Origin: Botryllus schlosseri
Lineage: Eukaryota
Direction: 5' to 3'
Assembly (NCBI GenBank): GCA_051294905.1
Contig: CM119371.1
Span: forward strand, 39,000,001 to 39,064,000
Length of the DNA stretch: 64,000 nucleotides
Shown here one piece after another: positions 11,401 to 26,400 of the stretch. Made by a program: the position numbers and the translations under genes. Below the pieces are notes generated by a model. It ran no database searches. It was not told the origin of the DNA and saw only the letters and a program-made list of their open reading frames with translations. The stretch's first letter is position 1. Every line of letters begins with the position of its first letter.

Positions 11401-14400
11401 AATGCGATCACGATGCAGAGCACGGTGTCGTACACTTGTGACGGCGGATTTGTCATGAGAGGCGACAGCGTTCGGACGTGCCGCGCTGATAAGAAATGGT
11501 ATCCGAAATCTCCCGTCTGTAGACGTAAGTATACAGACAAGGTGGGCACCTAGGACTTTCAGATCAACCTGTAAACATGTGATTCTCAACCTTGTTCTAG
11601 TGCAGACATCTACATATATTTGTGTGGGTTTGAATAGAAAAAAGGGTTATTACTTCCGCTCAGGCCTATAATCATGTCATATTGCCATGGTGTTGTTGTG
11701 GCCTGAAATGCTACCGATTGATTAAAAAAAGGCCATCTCTTTCGGTAAAATAAGGACGTAAGTGAAAAATATGGAGAGATGTTGTAAAGGATAATTTAAG
11801 TTTATAATTGTAAAGATTTAACGTTGACATTGGATGGACACCTACAATTAGTCCACAGACCCCAAGGCTTCCATGGATGAACATCGGGTTGAAAAAAAAA
11901 ATTGTATTACCTGTGTAGGCGGGTATAAGGTTTGTTTGCTTTCACTTATTGTGTAAGTGATTACATTTTTAAACAACTCAAATTCTACTTGTAACATTAA
12001 GCTTGTCTTGGATTCCGTAATGAGCAAAGTAGTTTTGGGATAACTTCGCGTCACTTTTACGTCATTACTTGTCATAAGAACAGCGTGAAGCAGCCATCAT
12101 AGTTGTTGCTTAATATAGCTTGATGATTGCACCTAATCTCAGGGTCATTAGCCCGTCTTCGTTAGTCCCGAAGGTGCATTTTGCCATCTCGAAAGTAGCT
12201 ACCGCCGAGTTACTTCCCAATAAATACGAATCCTCGGCGAACTATGCTTTTCGAAATGCTTACCTTGAAGTAATTTTGATACGTTTTCGTATTCTACTTC
12301 TGCTTGCAAGTAGTTTCGTAAAAATCTTTATAATCGCTATTATACATACCTGCACAATTTTTATAAGCCATTCTTTTGGTCTGCTCAAAGCTCGAACCAT
12401 ACCTCAATGACTACGTTATCTAATCTGTCAATTGGCGATCATATCAAAACCAATTTGTCACTGCATTTCAGGTGGATGTAAAAGACCACCTCATATCGGA
12501 AACTCTTACCCGTTATTGAACGGTACTATTTACGATGTTGGCAACGAGGTCACATACCGATGCCTCACAGGTTTTGTATTTTGCATCTACCAGCATTTAA
12601 CGAAGCGCTCGGATACAGCGGTACAAATTATTTCAGCATCAGACCATAGCGCTCTATGTTGTGTGGACACAGCGAGACTGAATGGCTCACTGCATTTGGG
12701 TTACGTCATACTTTCCATTTGACCAAAGGCAACTTCACGGCCATTTTTGACCGGCTTGCCGAGCGAAAAATTCGATAACATGGGTATCACTGTAAAGCTG
12801 CTGCGCTACTGATTGCGAATATATAAATTTTAGTCCGCTCATGGTCCTGGAACCCCCCAAAATCAGCCTCGAAATTTGCATTGTGATCGACTTTTGGCAA
12901 TGTGACGCAACAGTACTGTCTGGCTCCTTCTTCTCCGCTTCACTCTCGTTTTGCCGGACAGAATTGTCGCATCACGATGCCAAAACTCGATCACAATGAA
13001 AATTTGAAGGCTGATTTTGGGGGGTTCTAGGACCATGAGCGAGATCAAATTTATATTTTCGAAATCAGTACAGCAGTTGCTTTCCATTGATACCCGTTTT
13101 ATCGAATTTTGCGCTCGGCAAGCCGGTCAAAAATGGCCGTAAAGTTACGTTTGGTCAAATGGAAAGTATGACGTAACCCAAATGCAGTGAGCCGTTCAGT
13201 CTCGCTGTGTCCACGGCATATAGGACACTATGATCAGACCGTAGCTTACTAACCTAAGGATCCATGCCTAACACGTGACTGCACGGTTGTCCAGCCCGAT
13301 TTTTCTAGCAATTTCCAGTAGCTTCGTAAACAGACGAGGTCACATTGTCATAGCTTGCGATTTATTGAAACCGGTAATGGACTAAAGCAATTGTTGCACT
13401 GAATTAGAAAATTGATATTACGATATAGTCATGGCACTGCAACCACCCCAAAGACGCATTTAGAATACGGATATTTTCATTGTTTTGAACAACCTCGTGC
13501 CGTAATACAATGAACGAAACAATAACCTATTACGGCGTTACAATTGTTCGCGACGATTATGACGCAAATGAACTCTGAATTGACATGAACTGAAATTGAT
13601 TTTGGTTGTATTTCTTTTTGAATTCAATTTCGAAATTTTTTCGCATTCAGTATTTCTTACTCTTATCTAATTTGGAAAAGTAGAATATTTAATAGTTCTC
13701 CAACTCTTCCGTGCTGCTCATCTTAGGCTAGATATCTATATTATTCATACTTGAATGTGTTTCTAGGCTACTACACCTACGACGAAGGTCCGATGATAGT
13801 CTCGTGTCTCGAGTCGGGGCAGTGGTCAGTGGGAAGATTCAGCTGCGAGTTACAAATGTGCGACCCCATTCCGGAAATAATCGGCGGAAGAGTGACTTAC
13901 ACGTCACAATACTACTTCGGATCCATCGCGACCCTTGTCTGCATCGACGGTAATCAGCAGTTTTCCTATTCTGTTTTAAGTGAAGACCGTGAAGACCAAC
14001 CTCTTTGCTATTCACGGCCGTATTTCGATTATCTATGTAGCTTGCGACCGCATACCAGGACATAGTCGCAATGAACTAACTGGACACCAAATACACATGT
14101 TAAACTCTCCATTAGGGATGTTCAAAAATAACTTTTTTTCAAATTCCACTGGCTACTTGATAAAATTTTTAGTTTATCTAAAAAATATTGTGGACAACAA
14201 ATTTGGTTCAATTACACCCGTAGCCGCATTGCTACAAGAGAAGAAAGTTTTCGATTTGTTGTATGGAAAAATTCAAAAATAATTTTGAAAGTTTTTTCAA
14301 TTTTTCGAAATTGTAAAATTATCCAAGCAACTCAAACGAATAACTATTGGTACTAAAAGTAGGTAAAATCTTGAAATATATATTGGGGCTATACAGGGGC

Positions 14401-17400
14401 TATTTCACGTGATTTCACGAAGACTTATCTAATAAAACTGAAGCAATCTTTGCGCAGATAACAATCGACTTCACAAATTCAAATTCCAAGTGTAAAAATG
14501 TAACAGTTTGATTATAAAGTTGTAGAAGTGGAAGTATAGTCTAAAGATAAATCCAGCTAAGAGGTGCAAGTAGGCAACACTTAATAGACTACTACTAAAG
14601 CAGATCTAGGCTAATTCGTTACCGACCAGCTTCGCCTATGACCACGGACCAACATCGAGGGGTGGTATATTTCTACACTCTGTGGGTGTAAAATCACAAA
14701 AAGGTATACAGTACCAACATAAATAACAAATTCGTCTTCCCTTAAAGCGTTTAGAGCAGTGGTTCCCAAACGGGGGGAAATTCCCCACTGGTGGGAAATT
14801 CAATGATTTCTAGTGGGGAATAGACGCATTTGTTCAAAATTATATACACGACAGTCTACACATTCACGGAGACACATGCGCAATTGCCATTACCAGTTAA
14901 CTGCTTAGGAATGTATGTATCGAAAATTATTTTGCGTGTTGTTCACAAAACCTCATTTTTAACTCTGGATGACCAATCATGGCGTCACAAACGCATCCAG
15001 CACGACTAGTGTCACGTGAAATAACGCTTCAGCGAAATTTTGAGCGTTACTGGTATCGGTTCCAAATACGGTACGTTTTATGTTGCAGTTAAAGGCGATT
15101 GTCTCGCGTACTGGTGTGGTACCAGCAGCTAGCTGGTCTCTGATGACAGAAGTGCTGGGTAGTGGGGCACAGGACCGTAACTGTCACACCCCAAGCCCCC
15201 CATTAGAGGGAACGGCGGGTTCGAAGAGGCCCAAAAATATTTTGTGAAATAATAACATAAATGGAAGCATTTATTTTTTTAATTTATGCAACTTTATCAG
15301 AATATTTTCGCGCTGGTGGCGCGATTTAATATCGCCACATATCTGATTATTCGGTACCCTTCCCCCACGAAAATACGTAGAATTTATAGAAATGGAGACT
15401 TCGACGTCGGCCATTACTGCACCACGACGCACCAAGGCCATGTAACATGCAACTCCAGAAGTGTGCCAGAACGATCAGCAGCGAGAAAACCTTGGCCGAT
15501 AAGGAATGACCTTGTGGTGACCGTAAACATACAATATACATACATAGATGTTAAATCGTCCATAGGCGGCTAAATGGCTGGCGCCGAATGTTCCTGTCTT
15601 GGCGATCAGAACCCCACAGGGCAAATGCCATCCCGCAGGGAATATTATTTGCCGATCAAGCAATACCAATTTGAAATCGTGTGTGCCTTTTAGTTTGGGA
15701 GATTTCCATATCTTTTGACAGAGCAGATATATGAGGTCACGAAATAGCATAATGTAATGAAGTTAATATACCAACGGGTCCGCCTGAAAATGTTTAGTTC
15801 TTATTTAGGGGTCCTACCTTTTCCAACACACCTCACTCAGCTCTACCGGTAAATCTGATTAGGTGAGCAGAGAGGGAATAAAAATTGATAACAACATCCT
15901 ATGCAAGTCCCGATCATATTTACCTATTCAAACACGAACTATATAAATTTTTCGAGCTTCGCTCGTTTAGTCCAAATAAGGTGACGCACTAAACAGTATA
16001 CCCAATGTAGCTGATAAGTAGTGGGATAAAAGCGTACAGGCTCAACGGGACTGAGGGGGTTAGGTTTAGGATATCAGTTAATTAGTTTTATCACACTGGG
16101 GGGGGGGACCAAGATCAACGTTTCTGGGCGGGGTAGACGAAGTGCTGTTGCGGTCCGGATGGGAAATGAAGGCTCGGAATAAGTCTGAAGTGGGGAATGA
16201 AGACAAAAAGGTTGGGAACCACTGGTGTAGAGACAGGCGATTGTACAGACGCTACTGAAAAAGGCCATATTGAACGAGAAATGTGGCTTTCAACGGCAAG
16301 GTTGACTAAAAAAGGTCAATTTCAACCGATTATACGTGGGGAGGTTTCATTCCGGAGCCGAGGCGGAAGAATCACCGTTTTTAATTTTTAGTCAATCCAT
16401 CAATAATAGTGGTAAAGGTCATTGACACTAGCGGAATTATTAATGACACTACAAATTTAGTTGCAATTATCGACATTTACCAATTTCGTGACTATTAGAA
16501 TGAAGTCTAATTTGATATGAACTGACCTCGATTTATGTCGTATATAATTCTAATTCTCATTTAATTCCGTCTCCAAGTTGCAGCAAATTGAGTAATTAAT
16601 ATTTTAATCTAAACCAGAATAGCTGGATAATTTTGAGCTGTCCAAGTCTGTTCGTTACTGTCCTAGTATGATACGATGACACAATGCTACGGTATGTTCA
16701 GGTTACGAACCAATGGGCGGGGTACTGAAGAGATACTGTGAGGCTGGCCGTCAGGACGATTCCTCTGCAGAATGGTCTGAGCCATCATTAGCAAAATGCA
16801 CAAGTAACGCTATCGATATACTGTATGTCGATTTCCCTTAAAGATACCCATACAGGAAAACGTTGCCCGCCGCCACGCAAGCCGGAGAATGGATTCGTGA
16901 ATTATGAGTGGAGCACTGCGGATGTGTTCGGCACCGAAATACGTTATAGCTGTATCGATGGCTACCGATTGGAAGGGGTTGAATCGGGTCGTTGTAACGA
17001 GGATAGCACGTGGGGTGTGGTTCCCGAATGTGTCGGTAAGATTAATAATATGCGGTAAGTAACAGGGTTGGAAGCAAGTCACTCGGTTCTGTGTCACATG
17101 TAAATTTGACTTTTTACAGTTTGACTCGAGTCAAGTCCGAGTCCGCATCACTGAGCAATAGGGCTGTTCAAAAATAACCTTTTCTCCTGAATCTTGTTGG
17201 CTACGTGATTAAATTGTTAGGTTGCCTTGAAAAACGACGCACTCCAAATTTGAATTCATTCCAACCAATATTCGTGGGTTACGTAGAGTTTGAAAATATT
17301 GAAGTTGCCTAAAAACGCAAAAAAAAATGTTTTTCAAATTTTTCTGCCAACCCCATGAAATTGTTGGGCTGTCTTCAAAAACTATGCAAAACAAATTTGA

Positions 17401-20400
17401 CTCAATTCCAAGCCCTAGAAGCGGAGTTTTGCACCACACATTTTGCAAATTTGGAGTTTTCGTGGTCCCCCCAGTGAGAACCACTGATCTAGTCCAAGCC
17501 GTAGTCTTGAGGCTCAAGTCCAAGTCCAAGTCATTGTGTTCGCAATGAGTTTAAATCAATTTTTCCTATTCTTGGGCAATATCTAAGGTCTCGCAATGAG
17601 ACTATGGTTATATTTCTCACTCTTAACATTTTCACGCAAACAGATAAAATACATCTTCTTGGTTTATGTTTCAGGAAGCGGTTCCGACACCCGAGACTTC
17701 AATTAGGACATGTTTAGAATGTCTCAAGTCAAATGACTCGTCGAGTCGCGCGCAATGGATTACACAAATTGACTCGGGACGAGTCACTTTTTTTTTTTTT
17801 TTTATCAACTCGAGTTTTGTCGAGTCAACAAAAAATTGCGACTCAAGTCATCAAAACACTAGTCAGTATTGAAGTACTTCTACTGTTTCGGAGTGCTCAA
17901 GTAGGTTTTCTTCGCTATGCTTAATCAAGTGGATGCGTTTCTAGACTATATACTTCCACTTCTACTTCAACATTTGTTGAGGAAAACTAATTGCTTTGAA
18001 CACTTTTTACACTGGAATTTAAACTGTAAAAGATAGTCTTGAGGATAGGTTTGCATCACGATGAAACCCAACCGCAGCTCTCAAAGTAGCACGCGGCTCC
18101 AAAGTAGCTTTCTTGCGGCTCTGGCCGACCTCTAAATATGCCTTAAAATATTATAGATGATATTTGTTTGTTTCTATGAATATTTATAGTTGATTTTTTG
18201 TAAATGGATGCTGAAACCGGGAAAGATAATTTTTGCAGACTAGCGTTAAATGCATGCGGATGAATACCAGTCAGACAGGATATATCTTGAGTTCTGCTGG
18301 TCATGTAACTTTATATATCGACAATGTGAAGAGTACATTTCGACACAATTTTAGTAACATCAAAATACGGCTCATAATCATGTATAAATTGCAATAAGTC
18401 CAATATTATTCAGCGCAAAATCCCCCGAAACCTTGTGTATTATGTGCTAGAATGAATGAAGAGCTATCACATTACGACAAAATAGTAGGGTTGGTGTGAA
18501 CGTGAGGTTCACGTTCGCGTTATGTGTGTGAACCTTATAAATTTAGAGGTTCACGTTCAAACGTACCTTGGTAGGATCAGCACTGTGAATCTTTTTCATA
18601 TATTACAGTTTTCACTTCATTATAACATCTTGCGTTCAAATTTATTGCATTTCCAACTGCGGGCCACAATATGCATTGCGCTGGCAGCATAAAATCAAAA
18701 CTGAACGAGCATGCACCTTGACAATCTTTAAACTTTTACTTGCTTTTTTACAAAAGTTTGATCGAAATATCCAGCTTTCCGTTTGTGAATATTTCGTGAC
18801 TCTATGCTGTGAGTTTGACACGCAATCACACAACACCGAGAGCAAGATACATTACATGTAGTCAGCGTATGATGCATATTCAACCAATCAATGAAATTGA
18901 TATCGTTTTGTGATGTAAAAATCTAGCGGGCTTACGGGGTCAAACTTAATTTCATATGTTTATTGTATCATAAAAACAAAATCCGTGCGATTGGGGTGTT
19001 GGCTACTGCTGTATAACTTGTCAATGGGGTAGTGTCGGTAGGAAGGATAGAAACCCGTCATACACTCAGCTCAATATCAATGTAACATTACTCGGATGCC
19101 GAATACATTGTACGGTCTGGCCTAGACCGTTAAGGCGGAAGCTTATATTCCTACATGGCAAGTACTCGTCGAAAGTGTTGGTAAAGCGACGTAAGATATT
19201 GATTTTATGGGATTATTGTATCATTTGATTGCCTTAGTTGATACATTTAGCGACGTTTAAAACTTCGATGTGTACTTCAGCATTGTGGCAGTATGTGGCT
19301 CGAGTCGTCTCAAGGTAACGTGTACGTACATTAATTAAGCCTATCACTTCACTATAGGGTTGGACTTGGCAATATGACGTTACGTGACATCATAACGTTG
19401 ACGTTCGCGCTCACACAGAACCTTTCAAAAAAGTTCGTGTTCACACCAACCTGAACCCTTCAGAGGTTCGCACCAGCCGTACAAAATAGTATGTTGTCAT
19501 ATGTCCTCTTTTAAGTGGATTCGACCTCTTGTTTTCAAAAGATTAAAAGTGTATTCGGGGGACGCCTAAATGCCCTATTTTTGGTAATTTTCTAGAAACA
19601 GTTTAAAAACATGATCGAAAACACGTTTCCGAAGCTGCGAACACCTGACTTGGCGAGTCAATGAACGAAAAATGGCGTGACGGGTATTTCGGGGATAGAG
19701 AGGAGAAAGATGACTTTTATTTAGTCAATAACACAGAAGTATCGTAAAATGGCAGTAATTCGGGAGTCGAGTCAAAGTAGCAACCTTTTTTTAATTAAAA
19801 CACAGTAATATTGATCTAAAAATCACCAGTTTTATTTTTTCGGTACTAGAGCTTTCACAATTTTTCAAAAGTGTCCACTTTTTCGGACGGACGGTACCGT
19901 TGCGTATGTATGGCAGATCTGGTCAGTAACGAAACACTTTTACCGATAAAGTTTTAAAAAATCACTCGTGGATCTTATGAGCTCAGAGGTGAATTCACTT
20001 TTACATTACAAATCTGAAGAAATCAGACTTATGAGCCATGAATACGTACGGTGTTTTAAAACACTTTGTTTAAAACATGTTTCAAACAGTGTTTTAAACA
20101 AAGGCCTTTTTTTCAAAAAATGTGTTTTCAAGTTTTAAACTTATGCCATAATTGTGTGAATACTTTCCAAAAACATGTTGTATGACCATATAGACAATTA
20201 CGACCCGATATAGCCGACGTATATCGATATTGGAACGCCCAAAATAGTCGGTTCAACAGCAACAGTACTCGTCAAAGCAGCTATATTTACCTTATATTTT
20301 ATATTTTCAATATCAATTTACTATGACGTCACAATTGAATATTCATGACGTCATGGCTTACAAATAAACAATAAAAAACAGGGTATAAACAAGGGCCTTG

Positions 20401-23400
20401 ATTTAAACATGTTTGTTTTAAATCGATTTTTGTTTTAAATGCAACCCTAATTATACGTGTAAAGTTAAGCGACTGAATGTCATATGTCACTCTTCGTTAA
20501 TTGCTAAGCAATAATTTGCTGTCATTTCCAGAAATCACATGCGAGACGCCCCCCACTTCTCTTCCATTCACCAGCAATGGGACGGTTGGCAACACAGAAT
20601 CAGGATCGTTTCGTCTTGCATCAACCGTCACTTACAAATGTATCGATCAGTACACATTATCTGGCCACGAATCCTCAACATCTTTTACGTCTACTTGCAA
20701 ACGCGTATCGGCCATGGAAAGTGTTTGGTTCCCGTCGTTTGCAAATGTTCGGTGTGAAGGTAAGCGAATCACGTCAGGTTGAAGATTATTCAAGAACAAT
20801 ACAACGCGGTAAATTTTGAACGATGGTATATAATTTAAATCATGATGTTTCCTTTCCGCTGTTACAGCCGATGTGAATTGTACATTTAAGCGCAGCTATT
20901 GCAGTTACACCAACAGTGGATGGAGATATCGTTATTCCAGTGAGTTCTCTTCCTGTGTACATACATTTGTAGGCACTGCGCGAAGTACGCGGAATTTACT
21001 TCAGCTTTATCCTCTTGTATGGATCTGACGTTCGAACAAAGTTGCTGTGCTTTGTCGAGATTCAATAGAAATCTGGTATAGTTGCTGACGACTAGGCTAC
21101 ACGTGACGAGTGACGAAAATATTCTGGTTTATTTCAATATGAATATATTATTTTATTGTATGAATGAATTCAATATTCTACAGACAACTGGATATATACG
21201 GCACGATACAATGCTATCCTCACTTCTCCATGGATATATCGCGAATATGCGATTCGCGGATACATTTGCGTTGTGTTCGAATATTATCTTGAAGATCATT
21301 CCTCCACTTTGTTGTTACAAAAGATGTCGTGAGTACCTTTGTAAAATGATCATGAATTTTGACGTTTCTCTCTGGTCCGTGGACAATGACCATGCGACAT
21401 AATAGCATGCTACACTTGAGAATTTGGGTAAAATTCGGGGTTAGGGTCGGGTTTGTATCTAGATTGATGATTGGGTTAGGGTTAGATTTGGGCTTGGGAT
21501 ATATATGAAGATTGAATTCTGGGTTGGGGTGGGGGTTAGGGTACGTTTTAAAGCTGTGAAACCACATACTAAAGTGCCAAATGCTGATCTGTCGTTTTTC
21601 ATTGTGTTGCATGCTCATTAGGGTTGTTCAGATTTGAAAAATTGTCAGGAAACTTTGATGCTTATGATCCAAATGATGGTTTATTACATAAAAACACTTT
21701 TATGAGCAATTTTGAAATAGCCCTTCGTCAGCCCCTCCAAGCGTTGGTCTTGCCCTCCTTCATAGGATGAGAAACCAAACTTATGGGGCCTTGGCCCCCA
21801 GACCCCATTGGAATGAACGTCTCCTCCGCTACTTGTGAATGAGATTTCTGACACCGAGTATTCCATGGGTTTCTCTGGCCCATTTATGACCCATTCACCA
21901 TAATTCCTGATTGAATCTGTCAATATATTGCGGTAATTGCAATATATATTGTTATAAATATTCTGTCCTCTCTACAAGCCCGCATAATCGGATTTACCGG
22001 TAGAGCTGAGTGAGATGTTGTCTTGGAAAATTTAGGGCACGTAATTAATTATTACTTTGTTACAGTTGCTGTTTCGTGACCGCCTGTCTGCTATGTCAAG
22101 CGATATTGAACTGACCCAAACGTACCAAACACACGATTCCATATTGATATTTCTACACTCTCAAATAATTTTCCCTCTGCAGTGGCATTTGTCCTGTTGA
22201 GTTCAGATTACTAAGACAGGAAGATACGGCAACAGTTATGTAGGCGCCTGTAAACAATTAGATATATATTTATATATATCGAAGTTTTCGGTCAACATAA
22301 GGGCTGTCCTTGTCGGCCGAGGTTTTCCCGCTGCCAAACTCTCCCATACTGGCCTAAACCTTATATATGTGGCTCGCTAATGGCCGACGCCGGAATGTAT
22401 ATTTCTATAAGTCATGCGCATTTGTTATTGGGGAAGGGTTTTTAATAATCAATAGATTTACCAACATGATATCGCCGGTACCGCGAAAACAAATGAAAAA
22501 AGATTCGTGAATGGTCGAAAAATACTTCACAATTAATGGGCATTCAGGAAAACACTTTGGTCCCTCTTCAAGCCCGCCCCCTCCTCCCCCCAATTGTGGG
22601 ATTTTGGTGCGGTATATGCGGTCCTGTATATAGTACATATCATTGAATGTATTCTGAATGATGTACCATCATCGAAAGAATCCTTGATCTGTCTACAATA
22701 GCGGAGGGCAATGTCAGGCACATGCGTGAATGTTTTACATGTCACGTCAAATTATATTACCAGCAAGTTATGAATATGTCATTCCCCTTCAAGAGAAACC
22801 ACTTTAAGAGATGAAACTTCAGATATGGGGTGTGGTGAAATTGGTGACTCTCTCATGTCTCAAAAGAGAAACACCATGTTTTATATTTCGCGCTGTTGAC
22901 AGGCCCATCTGTTTTGAGATGTGTCAGAGCTCAGGGGCTTGAAATTCTCGCTACGATAGGCCTACTTTGCAATGGCGTGCCATGTCAAACCTCAAATGGG
23001 GCTTCGGCGTCAGCGCAAGGATGAATGATATAAAGGGTCAGGTTATTCGACTTCTTGTGTTACTGATAGGTCCCAGTCAAAGCAAACAGTCTGGACTTCT
23101 CACCCGGAGGAGAAGCGACGTGTTTGGCTCACATCGTTTGCGAAATTTTCAATCGAGCAAAATCTTCAATATCAATTCCAATCCACAGCATCACGTTTAA
23201 ATTTCATTGAATTGAGAAAAACAGACTGCGGTGAGAACATAATTACAAGAAAAGGTGTTTATTGCACTAAATGAAATAATGCTGCATCTGTTTAGAGTAC
23301 TCGTGTATGTCGACACCATGCACGAATGGAGGTACTTGCGTCAACCGCTTGAAGTCATACACTTGCTTTTGTCCAACGGGCTATTCAGGAGAGCAATGTC

Positions 23401-26400
23401 AATGGGGTATGTGCGATATAATCACAGAAGGACCGTTGTCGTGCGAAGTGCTTCTACTTTTCAGAGTATGCCTACTGAAGAATGTGTTTCATGCTATGCT
23501 AAGTGGTGGTGTTTTAGAGTATATGATTCCACTTCTACTTAAATATTTATTGGGCAAAACTAATTGCTTTGTAAACTTTTTACACTGGAATTTGAACTTT
23601 GAGAAGTAGTTTTGGAATAAGTTTGCGTCACTTTTGCGAGTGACAACGTCATAAAACCGCCGGGAATACACATCACCTTAGCTGATGCATATATGACAGA
23701 TGCGGTCGGTAACGAAGAACTTATACCTATATATTTTTTTAAAACATCAGTCGCGGATGTTATGAGCCCATAGATGAATTCTCTTTTACAGTATACTCCT
23801 GAAGAAATCACACTTATAAATCAAGTATGCGTCTGAAGAAAATAAACCGATTGAATCTGATCTGTTACTCTCCCCTATTTGCAAAGCAGGAATTTGCTGT
23901 CATTTTCAGAAATCACATGCGATCCGCCCCCCACTTCTCTTCCATTTACCAGCAATCGCGCGGTTGGTAACACGGAATCGGGATTGTTTCGTATCGGATC
24001 AACCGTCACTTACCAATGTCTCGATCATTATACATTATCTGGCCACGAATCCTCAACATCTTTTTCGTCTACTTGCAAACGTGTATCTACCGTTAAAAGT
24101 GTTTGGATTCCGTCGTTTGCAAACGTTCGGTGTGAAGGTAAGCGAATGACGTTAGGTTGAAGATTATTCAAGAACAGTGCAACGCAGTAAATTCTGTAAG
24201 ATGGTATAAAATGTGAATCATGATGTTTCCCTTCAGCTGTAGCAGCCGATGTGAATTGCACATTTGAGCGCGGCTATTGCAGTTACACAAACGATGGATG
24301 GAGAATGAGATATCCGGATTTCAGTGAGTTCTCTTCCTGTGTTTATTAGTTTGTAGACACTGCGCGAAGTAGGCCTACAAGGAATTTACTTCAGCGTTAT
24401 CTACTGATAGGTACGTGAAGTCCAAACAATCTGCCGCTCTTAGTCGCTAGCCATTACACGTGATCTGTGTAGTGACCTTTCGAAGAAAGCTTATGGTGGT
24501 TCTTAACCTTTTTGGATGTCGGAGCCGCATTTAAAACTTCAGAGTAGGCTACGTATAGAGCCGCGAGAAAACACTCCAGTAGACTAATAAATATGTAGCG
24601 GCCCCGTTACGGCGCATACTCGTAGCAATAAGAACGCGAGATGTTCCTGGGCTCGCGACCTCGTCTCTTTGTGACTGCTGCCTGCTCAAGACCAGTGACA
24701 ACACCACAATTCTATACAGTTATAATATTATATTAATACGACACAAGAAACTCATAACAGCGATGCTCCCTGACACACACATAACGGAACCCAGACGATC
24801 TATAAAACTCCTATACGATGCATGCACACCGCACAGCCAACTGTAACGAAACTCCACCCAAGCCTTCTACACACACCAGCCTTAACATAGACCATCAGCA
24901 GCCTTGTCATCTACAAGCTAGTACGAACTACCAACGGGGCAACATCACTCCTTAGATGGTCGCGTAGCACCGTCAGTGACTAGGCCGTGCCCGTGGCAAC
25001 TATCCGCACAGAGATTGCGACCGGTACATCCAACGCAAGCCCGCAAATACAAGGCAAACTACTTACTACTCCACGCCCTAACTGCCTAATACTACCACTG
25101 CCACTGCCACTGTTCCCGACTACCAATACTTCACGCAACCAAACATAGAGACATACTCACTCGCATCCATCTTCAGTCACGCTCTCAGCCTACTGCCTCA
25201 CTCAACCAAGTCAACACGCGGTCTCCAGCCATACCACGCTCAACATAATTTCCAAACAGCAAATACAGAACATTCTGGAAACGGGTTTCCACAAATATAC
25301 TGAAAATTTATAGGTAACTAGCCTACCTCTGGATCTCACCATCCAGCAGCTAATTCAAAAGCAAACACATAGACTTCTATACGTTCGATATCGGTTATTT
25401 CAGCATTGATAGACGCGGATTGGCGAGTGCCATAGATTCGGGTGCCACCATCCGAGGATGCCTAAATATTATATTTTTCGGCAATTCGTCCTCATTTACA
25501 GATTTTACAGCTATAGGTTAATGTAAAGAGTCAACTGACAATCGGCCTAAATACCACGAAATAGGTAATGCGGGCGTTCGAGCGTGTCATTCGAGAGTCA
25601 AATCAAAAAGACAACATTTTTTTATTTTTATTTAGTCAACACCGTAGAAGTATCGTGAAAAAGTGGGTAATGAGGGAGTCGAGTCGAAGTGATGACCTTT
25701 TTTTATATGTTAGTCAACACCACAAAATTGGAGTAAGTATTTCAAAATCAGCTGTTTTCAATTTCGGTGAACTAACTTTTATGAATTGATAAAAGTGTCC
25801 TCATTTCCCGATTCCAAAATATGGTAACCCTATATACATTGAAAAAAATGCTGAAATTGCATGTCATTACTACAACATAGAATACTATTATGTCGTTATG
25901 TGATAGCTCTTCACATAAATTCCAGCACTTCATGCGAAAGTTTGCGGGGAATGTTACTGCATTATCGGACTTATTGCAATTTCTACTTGACTATGAGCCG
26001 TTATTTTGATGTTAGCAAAATTGTGTCGAAATTTACTCTTCCCCGAGACGATATGTAAAGGTCTATGACCAGCAGAATTCAAGATGATTCCTTGTCTGGT
26101 GGGTATTCACCCATGCATTTGACGCTAGTCTGCAAGAATTGTCCTTCCCGGTTTTCAGAAGGCGCCTTGGACGGCTTTAGACATAACCAATGACGCTCAT
26201 TTTAGCTTTCGTATACCGAAATTGACTATAAGTATTCATGGAAACACGCAACAACTGTCGTCTATTCAATTTTTGTGTCATACTTAGAGGTCAATCGTAG
26301 CCGCAAGAAGGTTGCCTTGGAGCCGTATGCCGCTCTGAGAGCCGCGGTTGGGAGTCACTGGTATAGACGAATTCGATTCATCACAACCAGTGTCCGCCGA

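Noticed and set aside
21424..21541. Interstitial telomere or chromosome fusion site
   Set aside because: Short and degenerate, with similar tracts elsewhere in the window; more likely part of a dispersed repeat.
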